Shown piece after piece: positions 10,966 through 23,544 of a stretch of DNA of 53,687 bases (its first letter is position 1; every line of letters begins with the position of its first letter). The notes under the pieces were generated by a model that worked only from the letters and a program-made list of their open reading frames with translations, did not search any database and was not told where the DNA came from. This DNA is from Prorocentrum cordatum (lineage: Eukaryota): the NCBI GenBank assembly GCA_963575745.1, contig CAUYUJ010000300.1, positions 62,001-115,687 of the forward strand, given 5' to 3'. A program made the position numbers and the translations under genes.

Positions 10966-11222
10966 TGCTCCCCGTGTGTTCTGCCGTGCTCCTGTGTGTT
11001 CTGCCGTGGTCTGCCGTGCAACTGTATAATCTGCCATTTCTGCCGTATTCGGAATGGTCTGCCGTGCTCCTGTGCGCTCTGTCGTGCTCCTGTGTTCTGC
11101 CGTGCTCCTGTGTGTTCTGTGTGGTCTGCCGTGTTCCTGCGAGTTCTGCCGTGCCCCTGTGTGTTCGCCGTGCTCCTGTGTGTTCTGCCGTGTTCCTGTG
11201 TTCTGCCGTGCTCCTGTGCGTC
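10966..11222. repeat. ctgccgtgctcctgtgtgtt satellite (right part)
   Basis: Continues the higher-order unit of 7266-7507. Confidence 0.9.
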
Positions 11223-14200
11223 GTTCAGCGAGGGAACGGCGCTCGACTCACGGGTGAACCGAACGCCGCCCTGGACCTAGGAACCACTAAGGATCCAGCG
11301 TGGCCACGCGGGCCGAAAGCTCTTGAGGCACCTCGAAAAAAACAAAGTTCAACGTGATACCAAAGTCGCCCCGTGGCCGCCAGCCCGCGAGGCGCTGCAG
11401 CAATGCAACGTTGAGCGCTCTCAGCGATTCCCATACCGCCGGGGAGAACAAATGCGGAGCAGGAAAACAAAGCCGAGGAGAGCCGCCAATCGTTCGCCCC
11501 CGACCCGAGCCCAGAGGTTGCCCCGTGGCTGGGTGGAAACCTGCAATGAATCAGTCTCTCCTGCGCGCTCGCACCTTCTCTACCGGGGATTTCCACGAGT
11601 GCGCGGAAGGCGAGTCCCCCGTGCACTCGGAACCCAGCAAACGGCCCTGCTTCTCAGCATGCGTTCCTCAGCGCCTGCAAACAGTGAGAGGCGGGCGCGG
11701 CGCGAGCTTATGCCGAAGGTGCTCGCTAACCTCGTCGGGCCTCGCTCTCTCTGAGGTCGGACCGCCTGCATCTGCGCTCTCCACTAGGCCCTCTGCAGCA
11801 AGCTGGGGCACACCAGGCGCGTGGGGCGGGCGCGGCAACGCGAGCGCTGGCGGCGCTCCCGTTCCTACTCCTCGCCTCCTTGGGCTGTGGCCTTGTCTCG
11901 GGCGGCTCGCCTGCTTTGACAGACGGCCCGCGCGCGGTGTTAGGCGGCTGAGCGGCGGCGCTCATCATGCGCGCTACCTCATGCGTCTGCGACCCTCCGA
12001 GCTCGCCCGCTCGCCCGACCGCAGCGACGACGACTGATCCTCCAACCTCCTCCAATCTTTGACTCTCCACGCCCCGCGCCTTTCTCGCGCCTGGGAGACT
12101 TGCTGCCGAAGCGTTCCTGCCCCAGCGACTGCGAAGCAGCGTCGTCGCGCCTTCCCGAGGCAGCGTGAGCTACAGCAAGGGCCAAGCCCACCTGGAGCAC
12201 CCATTCCTGTGGCTGAATAGCTGGGCTTGGCTGGCTGGTGCCAGCCCCTCTCTGTTCGGTGGCCCAGGTGGGCCGGCGTTCGAGCCTTGGCGGTGGCCGC
12301 GGGCTTGCAGGGTCGACTCCAAAGCCCCCTGATCGCGACCTCCGCGAGAGCAGCTCGGTGGCGCCACCTGCAGCGGAGGCCGCGTGGATCGGCCGCAAAA
12401 TGGAGCGCGCCGAGCGAGAGCTCGGGGCCCAGGGCGGCGGCTCGGGCGCCATGGGCTCCTCCGCCGAGGCAGGCCGCCGATGGGGGACTTGGGGCGCGCG
12501 CGCCGGCCGGGGCCGCGAACCGCGCGCGCCCGACAGCCTCAGCGATGCGATCCTGAAGACGCTCGCCAATATCAGGGCCGAAGGCGACCGCGCCCAAGGC
12601 AGCGGTGGTGAAACAAATAGGCCCGAGCACCCCTCGGCAAAAATGCCCCGCAAACGCCCCGATAAAACGCTTCGTCGGGCGTTGCGCGGGGTAGTTGGGG
12701 CGGGAGACGGCCTGGGTGCTCGACCTGGGCTCGAATGCCCCTCCAGATCTCAACGCGTCTGGCCGCGGCCGCCGCCCCTCTCCCGCTCCGCGGCGAAGCC
12801 GAAACAACTTGTAAACCCGAGCGCCGGGCTGCCCGAGGAACCGACTAGATCCCACGGAGGCGCCCAAACCTGGCCATGGATGGGCGGCTCTCAGCGCCGA
12901 GCTGCGCAATCGCGCGGGCGCACCGAGCGACTTCGGGGGCGCCCGTGCGTTGGCCAACCTCATCCACGCAGAGCGCGCCTTCCCCACGGACACTCGGGCC
13001 CCCCCATTCCAACCCCTGCCCAGGGGCCCTTCCAGTGCGCTCGGGGGCAGGCGGAATGGGCGGCCGCTCGCACGCGTGCTGGACAGAACCAAAGACGGTC
13101 GAGGCGAACAGAGCATCCCATTACGCATCAGCTCGCGCGTCTTGGCCCCACGCATCCGCTCGCGCGTTTGCTCCTCGGGGCCAGGCAAGACCTCGTCGTG
13201 CAGCAGCGCGGGGCAATCCAGCCATCTGCGGCCAAGCGCCTCAGGCTTCTCCCCGGATGCAAGACAAGGCCGACCAGAGCAAAAGCAATTGCTATAACCT
13301 GGCGCGCGGCCGCATCGCACCTGGCCGCAGGCGCTGCACATCCCCCAGCGCTGCAACATCGCCCGCTGCTCCAGTTCTTTCGCGCAAGCTTGCAAACCGC
13401 CGTGCCAAATCTGCCCTCCATTGTATCCGGGCATTCGTTGCTGAATTCGTCGCGTCTGCCGCCTCTGAACGCCCTCCCCCAGCAGGTCTCTGAAATCTCG
13501 GGGCGCGCCTCTCCGCAACAAGAGATCGCAGCTCTCATTCGCGATGATTTTGCATGCTGGTTTCGTGGGCCAATCAACTCTGCGAAGCGCCACCCACGTA
13601 GCCGACCGCGGGCCAGCGACCTTGGCCCAGCTCTCTGCGCGCGCCATGCGCTTGAACATGAACTTCCAGGCCTGCCGCAACCTGACAAGGTTCAACGTTG
13701 CCTCCCATAGCATCGAGGCGTGCATAAACGGCAGCTCCAGCGCGGCCTTGAAGAGTAGGTCATACCTCGGATTGCTTTGCATCGGCAATGCTGCAGCGAG
13801 GGAAAGTGCCCCCTTGGCCCCAGCCATGGCACCAGCCAACGTGCGCACAAGATGGGGCGCATACTCAGCAGCGCCCATGACCGCAACTCCGCGCAGCGCT
13901 GATGGCGCGAGGCCAGGTGTTTGAATCCTCGTCGCGCGCCTGATTCCTGCAGCTCTCTGGAGAATGTGTAGCCGCCGAGCACAAGCGCGTAAAGCAGTTG
14001 CTCTCGCCATCTGCTGGAGAGCACTTCGGCTGCACGGCGGTAATCTCGTGTCCCAAATTCCTCATCCATCTGTGGCGATTGATGGTTCGCCTCTGCGCGG
14101 CGCGAGCCGCCCGTCGCTCAGTCGGCGCACCAGAGGCAACGAAACCGAAACCTAATTTCAGGATCTGCGCAAGCAAATGAAGCTTCTCCAATGCGGCTTG

Positions 14201-15030
14201 GGCCTCGTCAGCGGCTTGACCAGCTTACTCCGCGCAGATCTTGGCGCTGCCAGACCATCGCATAGATATGTCGTCAACCAGCTGTCTTGGCGCGACCGTT
14301 GGGGTCGCGGCCGATAATCGCAGCGCCGATCGATGAAGCAACGCCTCCAACGCCGTGATCGCACGGAAACATCGGGCCACGAGTCCATGTATAGGGGAAA
14401 ACAATGATGCACAAGTGCGGGCCTGCCCGTAGGCTTGAAGCAAAATCCAGGCCATGCGTGGAGCGTAGTGGCTGCAATGGCATCTCATCAAGATGCTCGG
14501 ATCGTTCAGCTCGGAGCATTTCCAGAGGTCCACCATTGGCGTAACCGTGCGCTTCCCGAGCGCCACGCCTATCTCACTGTCAAGGCTCAAGAGCAGGGCC
14601 GGCGCGTAACAATAGCGTAGCCGGTGCTAGTCTGCAATAAGTCCAGATTCCTCCCCACGGTTTCAAGTCAGCACCCGCGAGCTCCATCGGCTGACATGTG
14701 CCTTTTGTTGGAGCTACCTGGACCTCCGCGTTGAGCTCGGTGAAGCGGTGTGCCTGGCCCGCTCTTCCGCTGAAAGCTGCCCGGGCCCGCTCCTGCCGGG
14801 CCTTGGCAACTGCTTCCTCTGCCTCCCGATGCAGTGTGTCATTCTGTTCCTGCGCGCGCTGAACTTGCCGCTCTAACTCTGCAGCTTTGAAGCAGCCCAA
14901 GCCCGCAGAGAAAGGAGCCCGCGCTTCTGCGCCAAGGTGCTGCAGGATGCGGCGGCGTATACAGATGCGCCTGGTGCACACGTCCAATTCACGAAATAGC
15001 TGGGCGAGCCTTGCCAAGACCTGTGCTTCT
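11223..15030 (-). mobile_element. Decayed non-LTR retroelement (RT plus probable RNase H-like C-terminus), boundaries approximate
   Basis: Frameshifted fragments: MVDLWKCSEL (RT DxxK motif, ~14505-14535), LVDDISMRW (YxDD-like, ~14255-14282), post-RT region WKFMFKRMARAESWAKVAGP…TWVALRRVDW, and a C-x-W-x-C knuckle remnant (RRWLDCPAL). Confidence 0.75.
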
Positions 15031-15414
15031 GTGTGTTTTGCACTCGCATGTGGGGGGGATGTCTCAGGTGACATGCTGCTAAATTCTTCGATTGATGAGG
15101 ATGCCCCTGGCGCATCATCATTTTGGGTCGTATCGAGGGCGCTCTTTGGGTCATCGTGGGGAGCGGTTGAGGCTCTTTCGAGCCGTCTTGATGCCCTCAG
15201 CAATCATGCATGTGCGATGTTAGACACGTATGTTTGTTGAGGATGTCCTTAGCGAAGTCGTCAGTTTCGACAACTTATCCCGGCACGGCAACCTAACAGC
15301 GATGTGTATAAGCATATCTGTAAGCATTCCTCTTAAGATTCAGGTGAGAATCCAGATGTAGAATTCTACTGTTCTCGCAGTCGCAATCGCAATGGCAGTC
15401 ACAGTGGCAACGGC

Positions 15415-15660
15415 CTTAGGATCCCATGGAATCCTAAGGATTCCTAAGGATTCCTAAGGCATCCTTGGGCATCCTTAGGAATCCATAGGAATCCTTAGGA
15501 AACCTTAGGAATCCTTAGTAATCCTGATTCCTAGGGATTCCTGGGGATTCCTAAGGATTCCTGGGGAAGCCTAAGGATTCCTAAGGATTCCTGAGGATGC
15601 TGAACTATGCCTACGGATTCCTAAGGATGCCTACGGATTCCTCAGGATTCCTACGGATGC
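15415..15660. repeat. (GGATTCCTAA)n 10-bp quasi-palindromic minisatellite
   Basis: Directly visible. It grades into the CCTCAG array, with a remnant at ~17680-17760. Confidence 0.9.
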
Positions 15661-16452
15661 CTCAGCCTGCCTCAGTTTCAGCCTCAGCCTGCCTCGGCTT
15701 GCCTCAGCCTCAGCGTGCCTCGGCCTCAGCCTCAGCCTGCCTCAGCCTCAGCCTCAGCCTGCCTCGGCCTCAGCCTGCGTCAGCCTCAGCCTCAGCCTGC
15801 CTCAGCCACAGCCTGCGTCAGCCTCAGCCTCAGCCTCAGTCTCAGCCTGCCTTGGCTTGCCTCAGCCTCAGCCTCAGCCTGCCTCGGCCTCAACCTGCCT
15901 CGGCCTCAGCCTGCCTCAGCCTCACCTTGTCTCAGTTTCGGCCTGCCTCGGCCTCATCCTCATCCTCATCCTCATCCTCAGCCTCAGCCTCAGCCTGTCT
16001 CGGCCTGAGCCTGCCTCGGCCTCAGCCTCAGCCTGCCTCAGCCTCAGCCTGCCTCAGCCTCAGCCTCAGCCTGTCTCAGCCTCAGCCTGCCTCAGCATCA
16101 GCCTCAGCCTCAGCCTGCATCGGCTTGCCTCGGCCTCAGCCTCAGTCTGCCTCGGCCTCAGCCTCAGCCTCAGCCTGCCTCAGCCTCAGCCTGCCTCAGC
16201 CTCAGCCTGCATCAGCCTCAGCCTCAGCCTGCCTCAGCCGCAGCTTGCCTCAGCCTCAGCCGCAGCCTCAGCCTCAGCCTGCGTCAGCTTCAGCCTCAGC
16301 CTCAATCTGCCTCGGCTTGCCTCAGCCTCAGCCTGCCTCGGCCTCAGCCTCAGCCTCAGCCTCAGCCTCAGCCTGCCTCAGCCTCAGCGTTTGCCTCTCA
16401 GCCTAAGCCTGCATCAGCCTCAGCCTCAGCCTGCCTCAGCCTCAGTCTCAGC
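15658..16452. repeat. (CCTCAG)n/(CCTG) compound satellite, second block at 17150-17279
   Basis: Directly visible. Confidence 0.95.
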
Positions 16453-17281
16453 CGCGGCGCTTTTAGCCGGCCGTGCTCAGCGGCTGTAGTTGATGTTGAG
16501 AGTGACACAAGCTGGTCCCGTCCCCTGCCTCCCCGTTTCTTGCTCCCCCCGGGCCCCGGAGTCGGAACTGTGTAGTCCGCCTGTGCGGGAGTTCGCGTGT
16601 TTTTCCCTTGGTCGCATGTCTCTCTCTGGCAAGGTGTTGCTGGGTGCGTTAGCTTGCACCGCATTTGTTACTTCAGTTGCGTTCGGAAGGCAGGGTTTGT
16701 CCGCCCTGGCAGGCACCAGCAGCTACCGGCAGCTCCCCTCCTCCCTCCTCCTCCTCCTCCTCCTCCTCCTCCTCCTCCTCCTCCTCGTCCTCCTCCTCTT
16801 CCTGTCCTTGGTTGCGCCGGTCCCGCGGTACACGTTTAAGTGCTTCGCCGTGGCACCTGTTTGACGATACATTTTCCTTGCGTTTGACTTCTGCTTTCCA
16901 GCGCGGCTCCGTGTTCAGTTGACACCCAATGAGCCTGTTACACGGTGTCGTGCTGGTGTGTACAGACCCACGGTCTAGTGTCTAGCTTGGTTGGTTGATT
17001 ATTTGGATGGCTGATTGGCGGGTTGGCTGTTGCGCGCCACTCCTGTTTCAGGAGAGGAAGCCGTGCCAGCTGATGCACTGTTCATCTGCACTGGTTCCAA
17101 TCAGTCGCTGTCAAGCCACGGGCGGGAACTGTTGAAAAAAACAATATCGGCCTGCCTCAACCTCAGCCTGCCTCAGCCTCAGCCTGCCTCGGCCTCAGCC
17201 TGCGTCAGCCTCAGCCTCAGCCTGCCTCAGACTCAGCCTGCCTCAGCCTGCCTCGGCCTCAGCCTGCCTCGGCCTCAGTTC

Positions 17282-17680
17282 GGGCATTCAAAATATGGCA
17301 CAGGACTGGCGTTCTGGGAACACGAAGATCACGAATTGGCCCACAGTTGGCTCTGGGCAATCAGAATATGGTACAGGAGTGGTGGTCTGGAAACACGAAA
17401 ACGAAGTGGCCTACAGTTGGCTCCGGGCATTCAAAATGTGGCCTGGGAGTGGTTTCTGGGAACACGAAGATCACGAAATGGCCTACAGTTGGTTCCGGGC
17501 ATTCAAAATGTGGCCTGGGAGTGGTGTTCTGGGAACACGAAGAACACGAAATGGCCTACAGTTGGTTCCGGGCATTCAAAATGTAGCCTGGGAGCGGTGT
17601 TCTCGGAACATGAAAAACACGAAGTGGCCTACAGTTGGCTCCGGGCATTCAAAATGCGGCCTGGGAATGATGTTCTGGGA
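17282..17680. repeat. 70-73-bp tandem repeat, ~5.5 copies
   Basis: Units start gggca(t/a)tca at 17282, 17355, 17425, 17497, 17570 and 17643. Confidence 0.92.
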
Positions 17681-18899
17681 ATAGAATCTGTAGGAATCCA
17701 TCGGAAACTATAGGATTCTATAGAAAGTCCTGGGGAGTCCCCGGATTCCCCTGATTCTCCCGGCACCCGCCCAGACCTCCTTGGGGAGTCCAGGTGCTCT
17801 CTATAGAGCCCGTTAGAAACCTATCAGTCTTCGCTGTTAGGTAAAAGTGGTCGGGGCCATATGACAACCTCTGTTTTCCAGGAGTGGTTCCAAGTCGTTG
17901 TTTCAACAACAAGCTTCCAGCCGAGATTGTACTTTTTGATTGTCTTGAGTATGCCCCTAGCGACATCGTCATCTTCGGCAATCACCAAGGCGCCTTTGGA
18001 GCTATAGTGGGGCCCTTTTGGGGCTCTGGTTCCATCTTGAAGCATTTTAAAGAACGAGGCCAAAACGATGTTTCGAAAACCACATGTTTTGATGATGATG
18101 CCCCCAACGGAGCTCTCATTTGTTGCCGTGTTTTTTGTTGTCCGGCCGTGCCCCTGCTCATGTTATGAGGATGCCCCGAGCGAGAACGTCATGTTTAACA
18201 CGGGCGGTCGCCAAACACCTCTGTCGACATTTAATGTTTCTAGAGTGTCTCAGGCGAAAAGCTCATGTCCCATGTGCGTCGGAGTAATCCCTGACCTTGT
18301 GTGTTTCGATGGTGTTTCAGGCGAGGCGTGTTTTTGTTGCTGTAAAGGTCGACGTTGCGCACGCCTCCATTTTGCGAGGATGATTCGGGCGACGTGTCCA
18401 TTCTGAAGGATCCGCCAACGACGAACCCCGTGCAATCAGCCACCACCTGATTTCAGATATGTTGCGCATTCAGCCACCACGTCTAGCACGTTCGCAACCC
18501 CAGATCAAGAGGTCAAGCGAGCAATCGCAAAGCCAACCGCGTGGTCGACCTGCGCGCATGCGCATCCACAGACGTCGCGCACGGAGCGCGCCGCCCACTG
18601 GTGGGGGACTCGCACATCGCTGCCCAGCCCTCTGACCAAGGGACTGGTGGCAGGTGAGGAAACTCAAACGGCGCAACGCGGCGGGCGCAGAGGAGCATTG
18701 AACACCGATGCTGGAGCCGCCCTTACTGGCAGTGCAAAGCCGGCAACGCTCCAAGATGGCGAAACGAGGCCGGCAGACAGTCGGATCGACCACCTGGCTG
18801 CGGGCTGCGGACCGAGCCAAACTCAAAGTCACCAGCGCAGCAGGCCTGAGGACAAGGAAAAGGCAGGAGACACGCCAACGCTGGAAAACAAAACTAAAT

Positions 18900-19807
18900 T
18901 GTGCAACGTCACCAGGGCGAGCGCAACAATACTTGGCCAAGTCTAAGCACTGCGATCACTGTCGGCTCCCACGGGCCACGGAGGAATACTGCGCCAGTTT
19001 CCCATTTTGCTTGATCCAAAGGTCACGGAATTGGTTGGCGTAGTCGACCGCAAACTACCGGATGTAGCCACACGGGAAGCCAAGCGACTTGGTTACTGTC
19101 GGGTCCCATACGGGCCATCTGGTGAGCGCGATGTCCACTAGGTTGTACAGGCAGGGACAAACCTTGCTGAGGGTCCCCAACTCCGTTGCGTCGAAGTAGC
19201 AGATGCGTCGGTCCGTAGGCTGGCGTTTAGCGTGCACGATGGCTTGTGGTGTCGGGATCACCCTGGGCTTCCTCGAGCCAAATGACCCGGCTACAGCAAA
19301 ACAGAGAGAAGATCGAAACCCCGACGCGTCCCAACACTTGGGCACCCACGCATCTCCAGAGGCTGTTGCAACTGCTGTGTCGCCGGGTTGGATAACCCCA
19401 TGGCGTCGACCCGCCACAACGTCCTGGCCTTCATACAGGTCGGGCCACGACCACGCCCGGCCTCTGGCGACAATGGCACGGCAGGCGCGGTGATAGCATT
19501 TGATGCTGTGCACTAGCTCGCTCCCATCATCGGTATAATGTGACAACGCGGAGCTCCACGGTGATCGTGCCGTCACCGAGCGCTTGGCCCTCCAGCGTGG
19601 ATTAAGTCGGCTGGCGATGGCGAGAATAAGAGAAACGAAACACATCATGTACTGCCATCGACTGGGAGGCATGCTGGGCGGGGGCTTGCGACCCCGCTGA
19701 CACGATGAAAATCGCCGGAAACGCTCGAGCCAAGGCCTTCGAAGACGCTTTCCGTCATCTGCCAACGCCTGTCCGAAGTTCAGCCTGGAATCCCACACAA
19801 GAGGCAC
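18900..19807 (-). pseudogene. Intronless decayed coding sequence, possibly C5-methyltransferase-like
   Basis: 250-aa ORF whose frame continues past a stop (GFPCGYIR*FAVDYANQF). The order SLILAIASRL…RSPWSS…GRAWSW…GSFGSRKP loosely parallels the MTase at 47-49 kb. Confidence 0.25.
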
Positions 19808-20619
19808 GCGTGCCGAGGATTATACAAGCACGGGTGCGGAACAGTAGGACATGGAGACGGCGCCAACCTGTGGCAATTCTGGGGAAGCCCGCGAGTGCTG
19901 CGTCACGCTGGCGAATGACCATAATGGGGGAGCGGCGAAAAGCAGCACGGTTGTGGACGCAGCGCCAGGTGCGATCTGAAGGCGACCTTAATGTGACGGA
20001 TGAGGTTTGCGAGGCGCCAACGGCGTGTTGTATAATGCGAGCCCTGTATGGAACGAAGCGATGGGTCCCAAGAGGGGGCGCTCGATGGTATGCGTAGCCA
20101 AGATCCGCCACCGTGTCTTCAGCAAGTTGTGGAGCGCCCCAAGGTTCATGCAGCCCTGAGAGGCAGGGGCTGTAAGGTTCTTAAGGGACCGGACCCTTGG
20201 TTTCCCCGGCGCTCTTGCGCGGGCCTGGGGTGTCGCGTGGGCTTCTGGGACGCCACGAAGGCCCGAAGACTGGCCAAGTGGGCCCTCTGAGACTCCCAAG
20301 ACGGTGGACAAGGGCCCCGAGTCGTCGAACGATCGTTCCAAGACGCTCAAGATGGTCTCCACATGGCCTAAGATGCCCCTCAGACGCCCCAGAGAGGCCT
20401 TCAATAATCCCTCCGAAAGGGCCCCAAAAGACACACACACACAGTAGATGTTAGCTCCTGCTCCTATTCCTCCTCCTACGCAATCTTTTCTTCATTGGCC
20501 AAGTCGCGCACAGTAGATGTTTGAGAAGTTTTTGAAAGGTTGCTCGCTCTTGTGACCCTTGGTGTGAAGAACTTGTAACGTCATTGTGAGCTCGTCCGAA
20601 CCATGGATTAATTTGGCGC

Positions 20620-21992
20620 CACGGTCGGTCGGTCGGAGTAAGCAGAGAAGAGGGGGGCCAGGGGGTGCCGGGTGCCGGGCATGGAGAGGGGGGGGGGGCA
20701 CGATCGGTCGCTCGGAATAAGCAGAGGAGGGGCACGAGGCGAAAAGGAGAGGGCACGGGGGGCAACGGTCGGGCAGGAGGGGGGGAAACACGGTCGGTCG
20801 GTCGGAATGAGCAAAGGGGGGGGGACACGGAAGGAATGGGGGGGCACGGGGGGCCATGGTCGGGCACGGGGGGGGGTGCACGGTCGGTCGGTCGGTCGGA
20901 ATAAGCACAAAGGGGCAAAGGGGGGAGGGGGAGGGGGGGCAGGAAGGAGGCACGGGGGGGCCACGGTCGGACAGGGCGGGCACCGTCGGTCGGTCGGAAT
21001 AAGCAGAAAAGGGGGGCACAGGGGGGAAAAGGGGGGGCACGGGGGGGCACGGTCGAGCAGGGGGGGGGGCGCAGTCGGTTGGTCGGAATACGCCAGTAAG
21101 ATAAGCAGACGGAAGGGGCACGGAGGGAAGGGGTGGGGGGGGCGCGGAGCCACGGTCGACCAGTCGGTCGGGGGGGGCATGGAAGGAAGGGTGGCAAGAA
21201 CGGGGCGCCACGGTCTGGCAACGGGGGGAATGCACGGTCGGCAGCGGGGGGAGTGCACGGTCGGTCGGCTGGATGAAGCAGAGGGCGGGGGCCTCGGGAA
21301 GAAAGGGCGGGGGCACGAGGGGCCACGGTCAAGCGGGGGGAAAGGGCACAGTCGGTCGGTCGGAATACAGGGCAGCTTTTAATACATATGATGTTTTAAA
21401 CATATATGTTTCTTTATACACGATTAATGTATGAATAAATTCATGCATGAACTCCTCGTTGTTTTTAATTTTAACTCCCCGCATTTTTCATGCATGATCC
21501 GCACGCGGGGCATGTATTACAACCGGCGCTGTGAGCAGAAGGGGGGGCACGAGAGGGGAAGAGGGGGGGGCCACGGGAGGCCACGGGGGGGCATGGCCGG
21601 TCGGAGGAAGCAAAAAGGGGTGGCACACGGGAGCTGGGGGGCAAGGGGGGTGGGCACTGTCGGGTGGCTGGAGTAAGCAGAGGGGGGGTGGGGGGGGGGG
21701 CACGGAGGGCCATTGTCGGGCGGGAAAGACGGGCGGGAGGAGGTCGGTGGGTCGGAAAAAACAGAAGGGGGGGCGCAGGGGACAGAGGGGGGAGCAGAAG
21801 GGGCCACGGTCGGGCAGGGGGGGGGCCACGGTCGGTCGGTCCGGATTGGCAGAAGGAGGGCACGGGGAGAAGGGGGGGGACACGAGGGGCCGCACGGGGG
21901 ACACGGGGGGAAGGGCACGGTCGGTCGGGAGAGACAGGGGGGAACGGGAGGCGGGGGGGCCACGGTCGGGCAGGGGGGGGCACGGTCGGTCA
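20620..21992. repeat. G-run / cacggtcggtcgg degenerate satellite split by an AT-rich insert (~21378-21520)
   Basis: Dozens of gggg(g/c)cacggtcgg motifs with strong strand G-skew. Confidence 0.85.
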
Positions 21993-22437
21993 CCCATGGG
22001 GGGCCGCGGCCAGCACACATCGCAGCACATCACAGCACGCCCACACATCCCGGCACATCCAGCTCACAGTTCAGCACATATCCCGACACGTATCTGGCCC
22101 CCCCTGCAGGGACAAGGAACAGCGACACCACCACCACCAGGGACCACCAGCGGGAGGAGCCAGGAGGGGCCCCCTGGTGGTGTGGTCCCCCCCTCTCGCT
22201 CGAGACATCCCCTGTCCCCAGCTTGGGGAGGCATCGTGGACCTTCTCGCTGGAGGTGGCTCCGCTGGTGGTTGTGGTGTCGCTTCTCCTTCCCCCGACCT
22301 TGCCAGGGTTGGGAAGGAGTGTGAGTTGATTGGTTGTCCTCCTGACTATCCCCTCCGAGGGTCAGGAATCCTGTGAGCAGTGTGGGTATGGGGGGACGAG
22401 CTCGTCAACGCACCTCCAGGGCCCTTCGAGTAGAGGA

Positions 22438-22560
22438 TCGACTACAGAATTATGTACCCCAAAATTGATTTTCTCGTCCAACCCATGAGAAAAAAACGTC
22501 ATGTGTTCCGTAGCTTCGACGTGAAATCAATTTTGGAGTAAGTCGATTCTGTACAGTGGA
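22438..22560. mobile_element. Small fold-back element
   Basis: tcgactacagaattatgtaccccaaaattgattt pairs with aaatcaattttggagtaagtcgattctgtacagtgga. No TSD found. Confidence 0.55.
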
Positions 22561-23544
22561 GGCTAGTCCACAAGAAACCTGCCACAAGAAACCCAACCCT
22601 GAAACCCCAGGACGTCCATGGATTCTTGCTGTGGGAACGTCGAGCTGTCCATCGCAAAAACCATCGAAGCCCAAGAAACCCAGGGCACCCTGGAGGCAAG
22701 CAGGGTGTCTCTTGGCATGGGTCTCCACTGTGGTCGACCCCATTCTCTAGCACTCGGAGCCCCCGAATCCACCACTCGCGGCATCCAAGATGCCCAACAT
22801 GCCATCCTCCTCCTCCTCCTCCTCCTCCCTCCTCCTCCTCCTCCTCCTCCTCCTCCTCCTCCTCCTCCTCCTCCTCCTCCTCATGGCTCAAGAGGGGCTC
22901 CAAACCCGTCGTGAGACGCCTCCGGCGCATCCCACATGGCTTCCAGATGGCCCCAAGGAGCCCCCAAGACGCCGCAAGGGCCAACCCCCAAAACGGCCCC
23001 AGGAGCCAAACACCATGCATGTGCTTGTTTTGGCGTTTCGTGTTGATCCGCGTCTTCGCAAACTCGTCTGGTTTTGAATCGTTTCCCGCTCTCGCCTGTT
23101 TGGGCTTCTGCAAGCCCCAGGCGTCCCGCGAGGCCCCTCTGGACTGGCCCATGACGGCCCAAAAGGCCCCCAAGATGGCCCGGAGACGGCCCAAGAGGGC
23201 TCCAAGATAGCTCAAGAGGGCCACAAGGGGGGCCCAATAGATGCCCAAGAGGGGGAGCCTACAAGAGGCACAAGGTGGTCCCAATACATGCCCAAGAGGA
23301 GCCCAATGGATGCCCAAGCGGAGAGCCCACAAGAGGAGCATCCACAAGGACCCTACAAGAGGGGCCCAATAGATGCCTACGAGAAGCGCCCACAAGGTGG
23401 TCCCTGCGACCCCTGTCATGACCCCGAGGTCCAAGGAGCCCCCAAGAAGCCACCCGGGGGCCTCAAGACCCTCTGTGAACCCTGGGAAGGCACCCGCGAG
23501 GTCGCCCTCCGAGGAGGCCTCCAAAAGGCCCCAAGACACCCGGT

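Noticed and set aside
12238..13710. 490-aa and other plus-strand ORFs over the LINEs (also 9594..11357)
   Set aside because: Antisense shadows of GC-rich decayed retroelement coding sequence.
15597..16489. SA/QP/LS-repeat proteins
   Set aside because: Translations of the CCTCAG satellite.
17282..17680. CRISPR-like array (72-bp period)
   Set aside because: The whole unit is repeated with no unique spacers, there are no cas genes, and the context is eukaryotic.
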